Assembly: GCA_002189035.1 (NCBI GenBank)
Contig: NEEC01000004.1
Coordinates: 2,170,001-2,234,000, forward strand
DNA length: 64,000 bases
Direction of reading: 5' to 3'
From: Utricularia gibba
Taxonomy: Eukaryota; Plantae; Magnoliophyta
Shown: piece by piece, positions 1 through 12,370 of the stretch
Layout: every line of letters begins with the position of its first letter
Position numbering within the stretch: position 1 is the stretch's first letter
The notes under the pieces: generated by a model
The model's database searches: none
What the model saw: only the letters and a program-made list of their open reading frames with translations
What the model was told of the DNA's origin: nothing
Program-made: the position numbers and the translations under genes

Positions 1-200
1 AGCTCCTAAAAAGTGGTATTCTATCATTGACTGCTATTTTATCGAGTTTAGCTATACTAGATGCAATAATAATACAACACTCTATTTATTATCCAATAGT
101 ATATCAAGTTGTGCTATATAATAGAGTATAGCAACAATTTCAAATATGATACAACAATGCTATTTTATTTAGTGGTATTTATTATCCGATTTTTCAACTT

Positions 201-968
201 GTGCTTTTGTGTATTTGTAAAATTTCGTTTGCTTTTTATCATTATCAAACTGATTGTGATTTTTTGAGAGATATAGTGCGAAATATGAGAAATATGTTTT
301 TGAAATATTTTGATAAAATCCCACATTTGTTTCTTATTACACCTATTTTGGATCCTCGGGTTAAGTTTAGAGGTGTGAAAACATTACTTAAATGCATTTC
401 AGAGTCATTTGGTGCAGATGATGTTGCTTTTTCCATTAAAAATTGTGAAGAAATAGATGTTGATGCTAACAATGTTTTACGTGCCATGTATTCCATTTAT
501 GCTTCTAAATATAGTGATCTTAGTGTTCATATTCCTAAAACATGTAATAATTCGATATTTGGCAGTCGCAATCCGATGGACATTATTCGTAGAAAACATA
601 GCTCATTTGTGTCATCCTCTTCATCATCTTCATTAAATTTTGTTGATCAAATTACACTTTACAATAATACTCCTATTGTTGAGGGTGTTGATGATGACAA
701 CTTTGATATATTGGGTTGGTGGAAGACAAATTTTACTATTTACCCTATCTCGGTTAGAATGACCAAAGATCTTCTAACACCTTCAGCATCTACAGTCGCA
801 TCCGAAAGTGCATTTTGTGCAGAGGGACGAGTTCGTAATCACAAGCGGTCCAAGTTGAACGTAGAGACCCTGGAGGCATGCATTTGTCTAAAGGATTGGC
901 TAGAGGCATTGAAAAGAAATCAAACATTATTTTCAAGTTCAAGTGAAGATGAAGTTGAAGACTCCTAA
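201..968 (+). mobile_element. hAT-superfamily transposase C-terminal region (DUF4413 plus hATC dimerisation domain, RICESLEEPER/Ac-like); the 5' part lies outside the window
   Basis: ORF contains ILDPRVK and FDILGWWK...YP..RMTKDLLTPSASTVASESAFCAEGRV...RSKLNVETLEACICLKDW, the hAT dimerisation signature. Confidence 0.9.
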
Positions 969-1029
969 TTTAAAAACATTGTATGCTTCATGAAGTAGTA
1001 ATAGTACGTTGTATTCATGCCTTTCATTA

Positions 1030-1465
1030 AAATTATATGATCTGGGCACTTACCGAAACCTTTGGATACATCCTCACCAGGCACCCACATGAGCAAATGT
1101 GGGTGCCTAGAATATGGTTGCACACATAAGGATAGAACATAAGGATAGAGTGCAATATTTTTGTTAAAATAAATAATGCACTCGATTCTTATCATTCCTA
1201 AAGATAGAGTGTCTGGAATATGGTTGCACATTCGTAGACACCCTTCTGAGGCATCCACATGAGAGAAGTGGATGTTTGGAAAAAAAACTGTCTCAAACAC
1301 CCCCTCCCAAACATCCTAATGAGCAAATATGGGTGCTTGGAAATGGTCTCACCCGCTCTTCCTAGACACCCATGTGAGGCATTGTGGGTGTCTGGAAAAG
1401 GGTATCCTACTATCTAGACACTCACACGAGGCAATGTGGGTGTCTGGAATATGGTCTAAGCGATA
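1030..1465 (+). repeat. Dispersed subterminal repeats of the hAT element (GGGTG[CT][CT]TGGAA / CTAGACAC motifs)
   Basis: Repeated gggtgcctagaa, gtgtctggaa, gggtgcttggaa and gggtgtctggaa just 3' of the transposase stop; related motifs recur at about 3186-3225. Confidence 0.65.
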
Positions 1466-1989
1466 GATGAATATTCTTTATTTACTTAAATTTTATTTCA
1501 ATGTTTAATTCACATGTGATTTAATTTTTTTATAATATTTAGGATATATTAAAAAATTTCATTTTCAAATTTTTATGTTTCAATTAATGCACGAAAAAAA
1601 AAATTATAATTTGGAAAATTAAGTCTTCTTTCAAAATTGTGCAATTCCCAAATATTAGGGTATGGGTACCTAGATAATACAATTTTACGGGTAACGGTGC
1701 CAGTCGCCCACATTAGCGACTCTGGGTGCCTCAAAATTGGAGTAATTAAACAATACTTCCAAAAGAATTACACAGTGGGTTCGCATCGAAAATTTTCTTA
1801 GCTCTTTCCCCCTCCCCCCAGCCGAGAGCGACCGGACACCCCCACAGTCCCACTACCTACTTGGAGTATTATTTAAATTAAACAAGGTAAGTGATTAATT
1901 TACCACCATGGGTTACTAATCTGTGTTCCAAATTGAAATACCTTGTCCAATTATTGTAGTTTGATTTTTTATACAATATCTATGGATGT

Positions 1990-2525
1990 TTTGTAAATGT
2001 ACACTTTTGAAAAATTGAGAACTAGATTCTTGATACCGGATGAATATGAGATTTGGGACAAAGAACCGGATGAGTTGATTGAGAGTGAAATTCCAAACTG
2101 TGTGTGTCCAATGGGATTTGCCTTAAGCATAAAGCATTTTCGTTGTGGTTTGCGCTTATCATTATTGCCCTTTTTAGAAGAAATATTAAAATGCTTAGAG
2201 ATTCCTTTATCTCATTTGACTTCAAGATCTATCTCATATGTGCTGGCTTTTGTAAGTATTTGTGAGGAGTTATCTCTTGAGGTTGAACTTCGTTATTTTT
2301 TTTGTTGTGATTGTATATTCTAGGACTTTAAATAAGAACCATTACACCCTAAAGGGGAAAAAAAGGTTGGTGCTAGTGAAGAATGTGAGAAGAGGATTTG
2401 AGAAATGGTGGACAAGTTTTGTTTGGATACATCCTCCAATGGAAACCAAATTTCCTCAAATACATCCTAATTCGAGTGAAATAGGCAAGGCAAAAGGTAA
2501 ATACTTCATTGTATTGCTAGAATAA
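1990..2525 (+). mobile_element. Frameshifted fragment resembling the 'transposase (putative), gypsy type' domain
   Basis: LRTRFLIPDEYEI...FRCGLRLSLLPFLEEILKCLEIPLSHLTSRSISYVLAF resembles this plant TE domain; continues in another frame (2262-2525). Confidence 0.6.
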
Positions 2526-2529
2526 ATAT

Positions 2530-3085
2530 GAACAAAAATATTCCATATCTTTATTGAATATTTTTATTGAATGTTTTTATTGAATGTATTATGATTGAGT
2601 GTTTTTTTAATCTACTCTGATAAAATCTATTGTTATTGAACAGTTTTATTAAATATTTTTAGTGAATTTAATCTTATTCAAACTAGTTTTTATTGAATAT
2701 TTTTCGAAATCTAATTTTATTCAATCTAATCTAATTAAATTTGTTGATTGATTTTTTTAATATGTTCTTATTCAATATTTTTGAAAGATATTTTTTTGAA
2801 TGTATTTTTATTTAATCTATTCTTATTGAATACTTTTTTATTTATTTTTATTCAATCTATTATTATTGAATATTTTTATTCAATAATATTTAATCTAGTG
2901 TTATTGAGTATATATTTATAGAGTTTAGTGTTATTGAATATTTTTATTCAATACTCTTTTCGAATATGTGTATTCAATTTATTGATATTGAGTTTAAACT
3001 TATCAAAATTATTCATATTTAATATTTTTATTGAATATTTTTGTTGAATCTATTGTAAATAAATCTACTTTTTTTGTAGAATTTG
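2530..3085. repeat. Degenerate AT-rich tandem array built on TTTTTATT(G/C)AAT units
   Basis: Many variants of attgaatatttttattcaatctatt in head-to-tail order. Confidence 0.7.
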
Positions 3086-3185
3086 ATATCTTGGATAAGA
3101 GGGATGCACAAGATCTTATATTGTTAAATATATTGTTTGATAATATCCAAATATTAAAAAAAAATTATTATTAAAAATTTCACTG

Positions 3186-3345
3186 TCAGACACACACAAT
3201 GGTTCATATGGGTGTTTGGAAAACACCTACAAACAATAACCGATCGGTTCCGGTTCCGGTTACGGTTCGGTTCGCGAATCTCGGTTCTAGTTTCAAACCG
3301 AAACGTCCATACCGGTTTCGGTTCGGTTCGGTTCAAGGTTTCGGG
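3186..3345 (+). repeat. (GGTTC)n / AACCG-rich terminal region typical of hAT ends
   Basis: cggttccggttccggttacggttcggttcg...cggtttcggttcggttcggttc, preceded by the same GGGTGTTTGGAA motif seen at 1030-1465. Confidence 0.6.
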
Positions 3346-6300
3346 ATAAGGTCTCAAGGAATATACCAATTCCAAGAGTTTGATATATTTCCAATCCCAT
3401 GTAATACCTCATAAGGCCTAGATCTGTCATTTGAAAATTTACTTCCATTTTCTTTTTGAAGTCCAGCAGCATAGATTCATTGTTTGAGGTAATTAGGAGA
3501 TCATCAACGTAGATGCTGACCAACAAATTTCCTTTTCCAGTATTTTTGAAGTATAGAGTTGGTTCTGTAGATGATTGGAGCAATCCTAAATATTCAAGAA
3601 AATTGTTAACTCGATCATTCCATGCCTTGGAGGCCTGTTTTAAGCCATACAGGGCTTTCTTGAGTTTCATGATTTTGCATTCATTTCCAGGTTGCACAAA
3701 TCCTTAGGATTGTCTGCAATACACTTCCTCTGTTAGGATTCCATTTAGGAATGCTGTTTTGACGTCCATATGGTATATTTTCCAATTTTGATTTGCTGCA
3801 ATAGCTAGGAGTAGTTTTATTGTATCCAATCGAGTTATAGGAGCAAATACCTCATGGTAGTTTATGCTTGGAACTTAAGAATATCCCTTTGCTACTAGTC
3901 TGGCTTTTTTCTTGTTCACCATCCCATCTGAATTGAGCTTCGTTTTGTATAGCCACATGGTGTCAATCACTAGTGCCAACATGTTTTTCGGTCTATCCAT
4001 CAGTTCCTATGTATCATTTTCTTCTATTGAATTCATTTCGCTTTCCATTGCTTTTACCCATTCCTTGTCTTTGCAGGCTTCGGTATAATTAATCAGGTCA
4101 CTGAACTTGATAGGACATTTCTGTTATATTTAGAGCTGAAGATTCATCTTCAGACGAGGAATTCTCAATTGTCATAAGTCTGAATACCCAAGTCTTAGTA
4201 TTTCTGATAACAGCTTGCTCCTCCTAATTTCAGGAGGTTGATCGTAGTCGTCAGTGTCTATAGAGTCCTCTCCTGGGGACAAGTTCAGCATCCTGTCCAC
4301 AAGTATTCAGCCTTGACTCAATCTCTCCAGGTGCAGTGTCGTTGGGGGTATGTGTTGAGGAGTCATCCTCGGTGGGATCTAGTGGACATGGAGAGTCATT
4401 CAACAGGGTCTGTTGGTGATTTTCCAGCACCAGTGGCATTAACGATGGACTCATCCATAGTTTCAATTTCAAATCCTCCACCCAACTGGTCATTATCAGT
4501 CGTAGAAGACAGCTCTACAGCATGGGACTGATAAAACCTCAAACCTGGTACATCAACGTGCCTGGCATTTATCGGAGGCAGTGCTTCAGCAGAGGAAGGC
4601 TCACATATAGGTACCATATCTCTACATCTGATTTCTTTTCCTTGTGAACATAGCTATGTTATATCAAGTTTTCCATCAATCAATGTATAGTCTTGAGACT
4701 TTTTTAATTTCACATCGTTGCTGATGATTATGGACTAAGTATTGGGTAAAAAGACTCTATAACCTTTTGTTACACGGCTGTACTCAACAAAGATACCTGT
4801 TTGTATTTTTTCATCCAATTTCGATCTTTTTCCTTAGTGATGTGAACATCGCAAATTGAGCCAAAGATCTTAAGATGTCCAATTTTCACCTTTCAACCTA
4901 TCCATAATTCAAAGGAGCAGCTTCTCTTAATGGCTTTTTATGGTAACAGATTTAATAGGTACATAGTAGTGGAGTACCGGAGGTTGCTTTTGCCCAGAAA
5001 TATCAAGGGAAGATTCTTTTAAAAAATTAGGCATCTTGTCATCTCTAAATTGTTCTATTTTTCCTCTCACTCACCCCATTTTTCTCAGGTGTATATGGGA
5101 CAGTAAAGTGATGAAGAATACCTTCTTCTTGGCAAAAAAAACTTGAAGGCAAAGGATACATATTCATCTCCATTATCTGATTGTATGATCTTCAATTTGC
5201 TGTCACTATGTTTTTTTATCAAGACTTTAAAGTTTTTAAACACAGTAAATGTCTCTGGTAAAGTTGTCTACAAAAATGATGAAGTACTTACTGCCATTGA
5301 CGGAGGCCTCTTTGAAGGGACGGCACAGGTCAATGTGAACAATCTCAAGTTTTCCGAAGCTCGTTGAATCACTAGATGTATATGTTCTTCTCGTAGCTTT
5401 TCCCTTTAAACAGGTGCTGCAGCAAAATTGTGAGAACTTGGCATCCTTCAAGGTAGATTCTTCTGAAACTGGAAGGGACATTGCTTGTTCTACACCTGTT
5501 TGGAGTTCGTATAGATTCTTGTACAATCGAACAACAGTAAGTGAGAGTGAGGTGTCCGGCGTAGGAATTTTCATTCCCTCCTTTTGAAGAGACACTTAAA
5601 AATTTTGGCTCTACAATTGTCCTAGGCTTAGGAGATTTTGAACAACTTCTAGGGCATCGCATACATCATGTATATGCATGTAACCTTTTTATGTAGGTAG
5701 ACAAATCGTGCCCTTGCCTAGAATTTTTGTGAAGTGGTCAGTTGATCCATATAGTTGTCTAGCAGTGATTTTTGATAGAGTTGTGAAGTAATTTATATTG
5801 GTGCAAATGTGACTTGTTGCGCCACTGTCTAAATATCAACTCCTATCTTTACATTGCAGACTTGACATCAAGGCAAATTCGATGTCACAGGTGTCGAGGA
5901 TGGATACTTTCTTTTTTCCTTCAAAGCAGGTGAAATTGGCTGTATGTTCTTCTTGATGTTTTTTTACATCTGGTAGGTTGTTGTTTGTCTCTTTCTTCTT
6001 CCTAACTAGACACACCTTTTCAATGTGTCCCTTTACTTTGCAGTATGTACAGGTTGCCTTCGAGTGATACCCGTAGGATTCAGACTTGTAAAACGGCTTC
6101 GAGCAATGTATACACAAGGGGGCGTTTTTTTTTCCAAAAATTTGTGTTGGTATGATTAATTTTGTCACAAATAGTGCATTTCTCCTCAAGGGGTAGTGGG
6201 GATAAATCAGCAGCTATTTTTCTGTTTGAGTCCGAACCTAATGATTCCTTAAAAAATAGGGGAGATTCTGCTTGGACAAAAAAGATTGCGTTTCTCTCAG

Positions 6301-6987
6301 ATTTGCATCCATTTTTAAGATGATTGAAGTTCCTCAATAAATTCTACAAAGCTCATATCTTCCTCATGACCTGTAATTTTCCTCATGTTCTCTTCTAGTT
6401 CAATTGTACATAGTTTTGCTTCAAACCTTTATGGTAAACTCATCATGGCTTTCTCAATGACTTTGGAGTCTGGTAGGTCTTCTCCAGAGCTCTAATGTCG
6501 TTTACAAGTTTTGAGGTTCTATCAAAATAATGTTTGAGAGACTCATGGTTTCCCATTTCATTTCGTTCGAACTCTTCCATTAAACTACGTCGATTATATT
6601 TCTTCATCTTGTCTTCTCCCCCATAAATTTCCTACAGCTTGTCCCATATTTGTTTGGGAGTGTCACAGGTGATGATTTTTTCAAACAACTCTTCAGAGAG
6701 AGCACCATGAAGGACGGTTACAGCAGCATATTTCAAGTCTTCATACTGTTCGAATGACTTGAGTTCAGCCTCAGTTGATTCCTTCGACAAGTGTGGAGCA
6801 ACTGGTTCATTTGTGATTGCTGTCCACAAACGCTTTAGCTTGAGGTAAGGTGTAATCTTGAGTACCCATTGTGTATAGTTGACTCAGGTAAAAACTGGAA
6901 GTCCTGCGTTGCCAACAAGTGGAGACGCATTCATGGTGCAGATTCAACATGACATTTTCCAGGTCCACATGAAATGAAGATCGGACA

Positions 6988-6999
6988 TCTCTGATACCA
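6988..6999 (-). other. Primer-binding site complementary to initiator tRNA-Met
   Basis: Minus strand reads TGGTATCAGAGA immediately inside the putative LTR end. Confidence 0.85.
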
Positions 7000-7175
7000 T
7001 GTCGACAATCTCTGCAAAGATGATAGATCTGGACACAAGATGGAGCCAGCTGATTAAACTTCGTGAAACGGCATGAACATACCGCCCAAAAAGATGCATT
7101 CAAGGTTAGGGTTCGATGTTTAAATACAACCCAATCACGTGAAGAGCACGTGATAAGAAAAACAGCAGTTGAACA
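7000..7175 (-). repeat. Putative 5' LTR of the Copia element (about 176 bp)
   Basis: Bounded by TGT...ACA, directly upstream of the PBS, and contains TATTTAAA on the minus strand; no partner LTR found, so the outer boundary is inferred. Confidence 0.55.
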
Positions 7176-7539
7176 TTTTTCTTCTTGCACTTACAGACCC
7201 GTCCCTTCTCCTTCTCATCGCGCATTTCTTTTTTCACGAGTACAAGAGCTACATCACCGCCTGGCCTGGTTTCCATCGTCTGGCTTTATTTCAGAGACCT
7301 CAAGGCGATCCTCAACACAGCCTAAGATTGGATTTTTTATTTATTGGATGCATGCGGTGCATTGCGCATCTCAGCTGCTTAGTCCATTAGTTGGTGCAAC
7401 TGAATTGAACAAGTTTTTACTGGGGTCCCTGGATTTATCAGAAACTCTAAATTTCATTTATTGATTCTTGACATAGTTCTGTGCGCTGCCTTGTGCTGGT
7501 GGTATTCGAAATGGTTGATGATGTTCTCTTCTTATGTTC

Positions 7540-8135
7540 AGAGACAAGCCAGGCAAATGAGATCACATGTCAAGAGTAGTAATGATGGTAGTACACATCA
7601 GTAGCGGCAGCCTACAGCTTTTGGACAACAAATTCTGCTCTCTTGCAATATGCCAAATACTAGCCCAAACCCCATTACTCAGGCAGACATAGTCGATGAT
7701 TTTTCCCCAATTCTGCTCTTGGTGGTCTCTTCGCTGGCACCCAGATGTCTTTCCAAGACATGCGACAAAAGTTGACTGAGAATCCTACAGTGAGGAACAC
7801 CATGAATCGGACCGTCCAGCAACTTGAAAGCCAATATCTTGGAAGCATGTTTTCAGGGAATCAATCAAGGGGGACGGTTTGATCTGTCAAGAATGATGCA
7901 GCAGATGACGCCCATGGTTTATCAAGCACTGGAAGTAAGGCATCAAAAGCTTTTGCAATAATCAAGAACTATTTCAGGTTCGCTTGCTTTCTGGTTCATG
8001 ATGCAGTATATCAACATTGGTTTTGGTAGACGCTGGAGCCCACCACTCTCTCTCACTTTGTGCTTAAAGGAGTTCGTGGAAATGCTGCATCATGATCTTC
8101 ATAGAGACTTGATGAAGAAAAGGGTCATAGAGCTT
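7540..8135 (+). pseudogene. Disrupted 3' fragment of a ubiquitin-like/BAG6-like gene
   Basis: Frames give NSALGGLF...LTENPTVRNTMNRTVQQLESQYLGSMFSG, DLSRMMQQMTPMVYQAL and EFVEMLHHDLHR, matching the remembered C-terminus of plant BAG6-like proteins; stops and frameshifts present; 5' part absent. Confidence 0.6.
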
Positions 8136-8527
8136 TGTGGGCACATTTATTAGCTGACTTGACAGCTATTTTTTTGTTTCCCTGCCGCCTACAATTGGAA
8201 AGCCCACGCGGTACATGGTGATCTAACATTTTTACCGGGCGATTGATGCTGTTTTTCACCTCTAGGCTATCATGAAGGAGAGTGATTACAAAACCAGCAT
8301 AGGAGTGCTTTAAACTGGAATGCAGCCGTGCCTCCACAAACAATCTGTAGCTGCCAAGAACTTGGGTTCGGAGGTGTAATTTGTGGTTAGAGATGCAGCC
8401 AGATGGTTACTTTCATATCATGTTCAATCTTGTGCTCCTTTGTAATGCTGGAAAGATATACCATTGACTGAAACAAGAAAGAATGGAACGTCTTGCATTA
8501 TTTACCTTAAGGTTAAAAAGGGATGGT

Positions 8528-10315
8528 TCACCATTTAAGTATTTTACTGCATCCTGCTTCCTTCTTGACAGAGAGATAACGAGAGTCGGCATCCCTGATA
8601 AGATCTCTGTGTGTTGCAGTAAGCTGTTCTTCAACCCCGGCCACAGCATAAACACCACTAAGAGCCAGGACATCCGCTGGATGCCCACCATCTGTTTTTT
8701 CAAGTTCATCTTTCACACGCTCTGCCAAACCTACATTACCATAAACTCTACATGCCCCCAACAATGCTCTCCAGCCAGCTCCATCGGTCTGCCCATCCTG
8801 TAATCCCTTGATCAGCTCATATGCTTCCTCCAGCATTCCTGCACGGGCGAGGAGATCAATAACGCATCCGTAATGCTCAATTTTAGGTGGCAGTTTGTAG
8901 ACATCGACCATGCTTCTTAGAAACTTAATTCCTTCGGCAACCATCCCTCCATGACTGCAGGAATTCAGCAATGCTAGGATGGTCACTTCATTTGGTGTGC
9001 ATCCTTCCTCCACCATTTGAGCAAACAGGCTGATTGCCGCATCTGGTTTACCGTTTAGACCATACCCGGAAATCATAGCCGTCCAAGATTTCACATCTTT
9101 GTTTTCTATTCTGTTGAAAATCTTGATAGCATTCTCAAGCAAACCACTTTTAGAATACATGTCCACCATTGCTGTGCCTAGAATGGCGTCCAAAACAAGG
9201 GGATTCTCCTGAAAAAAGTCGCGGACTACCAACTGGCCAACACCCAGAGCACCAGACACAGAACACGAGGAGATGAAACTAGACAACGCTGATGATGACG
9301 GCTTGATGCCGCTATGCTTCATCAACTTCAGCAGTTCAAAAGCTTCGTGAACAAGACCACTTTTCGCATATGCATCGATAAGACAGTTCCATAGTATGAC
9401 ATCCTTTTCAACATTAGTTTCATCATGTATACGTTTAGCAGAATGGATACACCTTTGTGATCCATACATGGAAATCAGAGCGGTAACCACGATTAGATTC
9501 GACAAGAGGCCGCTCTTGATGCACAGCCCATGTATCAACTCTCCTAAAGAAGGGTTTCCGATTTCCCCTATAGCTTGAAGAACGCCAAGAATGGTGGGTA
9601 CGCTGACACCACAGGAAGTGCTGCACAGTTTCATAAACAAATCGATGACCAAGTCATACTGAGCCGTGGAAATATAACCCCACATTAAACTGCTCCACGA
9701 GACCAAATCTCTTCTCTCACCCAACTCATCAAACACCTGGTGAGCCCCCTGCATCCAACAAAAAACACAGTACAAATGCACAAGAGCATTCTTTACAATC
9801 AAAAACAAATCACATCCAGATCTCAGCGCGAGAGCGTGAACATCCTGCCCAGTACCGGCCCCTCGTAAACGAGAGCAAGACTTCAAAACTGACACAAGAG
9901 TAAATTGATCAAGGAACAGCTCCTGTACGTGCTTTCCTCGTCTCATGCGATTGAAAAAAACAAGGCATTTTCCAGGGTCGCTGCTGACTGAAAACCCTCT
10001 TAGCATGGAAGTGAACATGAAAAGATTCGGGTGTTCTATGTGCCTGAAAACCGAGGACGCGTAATCCATCATGCCCTGCCTGCATATATGAGCAAGAAGC
10101 TTGCTTACAGGAAACGAGATCCTGTCCAAACCGATCTTCAACATCAACCCATGAACCTGAGTAGTCTGATTGACTTCTTCGCATGATTGTAACAAAGACA
10201 CAAGATCTCCGTTATTAAAAATTGAGAAAATCCTCGAGGAGTTGTAGCAATTATGAATCCCTTCGCGCCAAGTTCTTGATCTTCTACAACAATGCACACT
10301 GAAACTCCTTCTCAT
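8528..10315 (-). CDS. PCMP-E54: Intronless PLS-class PPR protein with E domain, likely an organellar RNA-editing factor (At1g26900-like)
   Basis: Uninterrupted ORF with PPR repeats (NLFMFTSMLRGFS, DVILWNCLIDAYAKSG, DVKSWTAMISGYG, PKIEHYGCVIDLLARAG) and E-domain end HPADVLALSGVYAVAG...KKEAGCS; start taken at ATG 10315, though an upstream in-frame ATG at 10489 exists; orthology from memory. Confidence 0.9.
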   Translation of the reverse strand: MRRSFSVHCCRRSRTWREGIHNCYNSSRIFSIFNNGDLVSLLQSCEEVNQTTQVHGLMLKIGLDRISFPVSKLLAHICRQGMMDYASSVFRHIEHPNLFMFTSMLRGFSVSSDPGKCLVFFNRMRRGKHVQELFLDQFTLVSVLKSCSRLRGAGTGQDVHALALRSGCDLFLIVKNALVHLYCVFCWMQGAHQVFDELGERRDLVSWSSLMWGYISTAQYDLVIDLFMKLCSTSCGVSVPTILGVLQAIGEIGNPSLGELIHGLCIKSGLLSNLIVVTALISMYGSQRCIHSAKRIHDETNVEKDVILWNCLIDAYAKSGLVHEAFELLKLMKHSGIKPSSSALSSFISSCSVSGALGVGQLVVRDFFQENPLVLDAILGTAMVDMYSKSGLLENAIKIFNRIENKDVKSWTAMISGYGLNGKPDAAISLFAQMVEEGCTPNEVTILALLNSCSHGGMVAEGIKFLRSMVDVYKLPPKIEHYGCVIDLLARAGMLEEAYELIKGLQDGQTDGAGWRALLGACRVYGNVGLAERVKDELEKTDGGHPADVLALSGVYAVAGVEEQLTATHRDLIRDADSRYLSVKKEAGCSKILKW

Positions 10316-12370
10316 AGGCCACGGTCGCAATCGCCCGTCCCTCCTCCGCCAACGGTTTCCAATTTTCGACTTTCCGAGTACCAGTTGAAAGAAAAGAAAA
10401 AAAGAAAAAAGAACTACAAGCACCTTGGGCTTGTTCAAAGTGGCCCACTTAATCAGACAACTATCCTTTAACTCATTGGGCCCGCCCATTAACGGTTAAT
10501 GAGGCCCTATGTTTAGTTTTTACATTAATGTTGTGTAATATGAAAACTTTTGAATTTTATTTTTAATTTTTAAAAATTAAAAAGTACAACTTCTTTTTAT
10601 TTTTAATTGTACTTAGAATGTTTTTGAATTTATACTAAATATAAGTTAAAAGTAACAATAAATTTTTCCAAAAATAATTTTTCATTATATTCTTAATTTT
10701 ATTTTTTGCTTCTATCAATTATTTCTACTTCTTTTTTTACTCTCTTTAAAAATAAAAATAGATTTAAATATTTTTAAAGTACTACTTAAAATTATGTTAT
10801 GTATGAATTCAGAAATTAATTGTTTTAGATAAAATAATCTATTTTTGTGATGGAGAAATAGAAATATGCTTAATATAAGAATCTATTTGTAGAAAAATAT
10901 TTAATAATTCATTTTATTATCAAAACAAATACACCTATATTGAGTATTGACTCTCAAGTTTGTGGGCCTAATCTTTGGGCCCGTCTCCGATTTGATGGGT
11001 GGCGCGGTGTTGGGCTGCTGGCGACTTCCTGGCTTCTTCCCTGGTGTGGTAAATGGAGATGGAAAGAGGGTGGCGTTGGTGCAGCAGGAGAGATTGAAGT
11101 GGGTGCAGGAGAAATTGAAGTGGAAGCGGTGGCGGTAGATGAGCAAATGAATGGCGTCGTTGGAAGAGGTAGAGCGCAGTGAATGAAGGGAATCTTGGTC
11201 TGCTGCTGCAATTCAATGCATCCACAACATTTGCAGAGATTCCCTTTGTTCAGTCTACTCTCTCCACTCCTCCACATTTATTGCCTGCCCCTCATTTACT
11301 CCTCCCAACCAAACTCCGCTCTCATCACTCTCCCAATCTTCCTACCCTTTCATGTTTTTCCTCGATATCTCCTACTCCCCTCTCCTCTCCTCTCCTCCTG
11401 CCCGCCCTGTGTGTGCGCTGTGGCCTCCTCGTAACGGTATTTTGAAAAGGATCTGATCAAGCCTATGAGTGGCCTGCAAAGGGTTGATTCATATTGTTAA
11501 TCATTGATGAACATCTACATTCTTCCTCCTTAATATATACAAGTATTTTGAAGTTTTGGGAAAGACAGAACAATACTGTTCACATGTGTTTAGATATCCT
11601 GCACCCAGCGGCATGCTTCATAGTTGATAAATACAGGAGAGGATTCGTTTGTTAGGTTTAGAATGCCGGGTGTTGTTTTTTAGCTGCCGGTCCGGTCCAG
11701 TGGAGTGGGACGCTGTCTTTTTCAACCATGTGACCACGCTACGACCACACCAATATGCATGATTTTATTATGTTCCTCTGCGCTGATACCCCACCCACCC
11801 TCATCCCTGGTTGTTTGTTGCTCTTTGTGATTCATGTTCTACTACATCTTAAACGCATCGACATTCCTTTTGTTGAACGCCTAGCACGACGAGAAAGCTA
11901 TGCACCTCTCTCTCGCCACCTCCAACCATGGAGGAATCAAACTGCTCCAAGGTCAAGCCAGAGCCTCCTTGCTGCTAAATGGACAGGGAAACTGTTTGTT
12001 ATATGCATTAGATTTGTGGCTTTACTTTATGATATGGCTGTTTGTTATAAGAGCTGTGTTTTCCAGAATCTCAACCATAGCAGTCAAATCATGACACTTC
12101 GTGCAACTTATTACACACTTCCAAACAAAAGGGTATGTATGATGAACTGTTCTGCGTTGCATTCCACCCAGAATGAGAAACAAGGTATGTAATGTAGGCT
12201 CTGAACTCGTGGCTTCTGCAATCTTGCACAGCGCAGGTTAGCCAGCTCCCTGTGAAACCTGAGACTACTTCCACTGATAAATAAAGAAGACATAGATATA
12301 GATGGATAGATGGGTACCTCGCTTGGAAGCAGCTCGGCAGGATGAACGGTTACTCACAGTTGAGAAAAGA

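Larger units (their letters stand above)
3350..7175 (-). mobile_element. Degenerate Ty1/Copia LTR retrotransposon (gag, zinc knuckle, protease, integrase, RT), truncated before RNase H
   Basis: gag LFEKIITCDTPKQIWDKL (6632-6829); CTYCKVKGHIEKVC; YLDSGATSH (about 5810-5835); integrase LEIVHIDLC...KYFIIFVDNFTR (5236-5595); RT LKKALYGLKQASKAW...YVDDLL (3293-3697); many stops and frameshifts. Confidence 0.92.

Noticed and set aside
10316-10489. N-terminal extension of the PPR ORF from ATG 10489
   Set aside because: The region contains site II motifs and a T-rich tract typical of promoter or UTR, and the remembered orthologue begins near ATG 10315.
10954-11277. Minus-strand ORF with an AGP-like stretch (TATASTSISPAPTSISPAAPTP)
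   Set aside because: No signal peptide or GPI tail; the pattern comes from a 21-nt tandem duplication.
12138-12205. Possible C/D-box snoRNA (ATGATGA...CTGA)
   Set aside because: No terminal stem and no recognisable rRNA antisense element.
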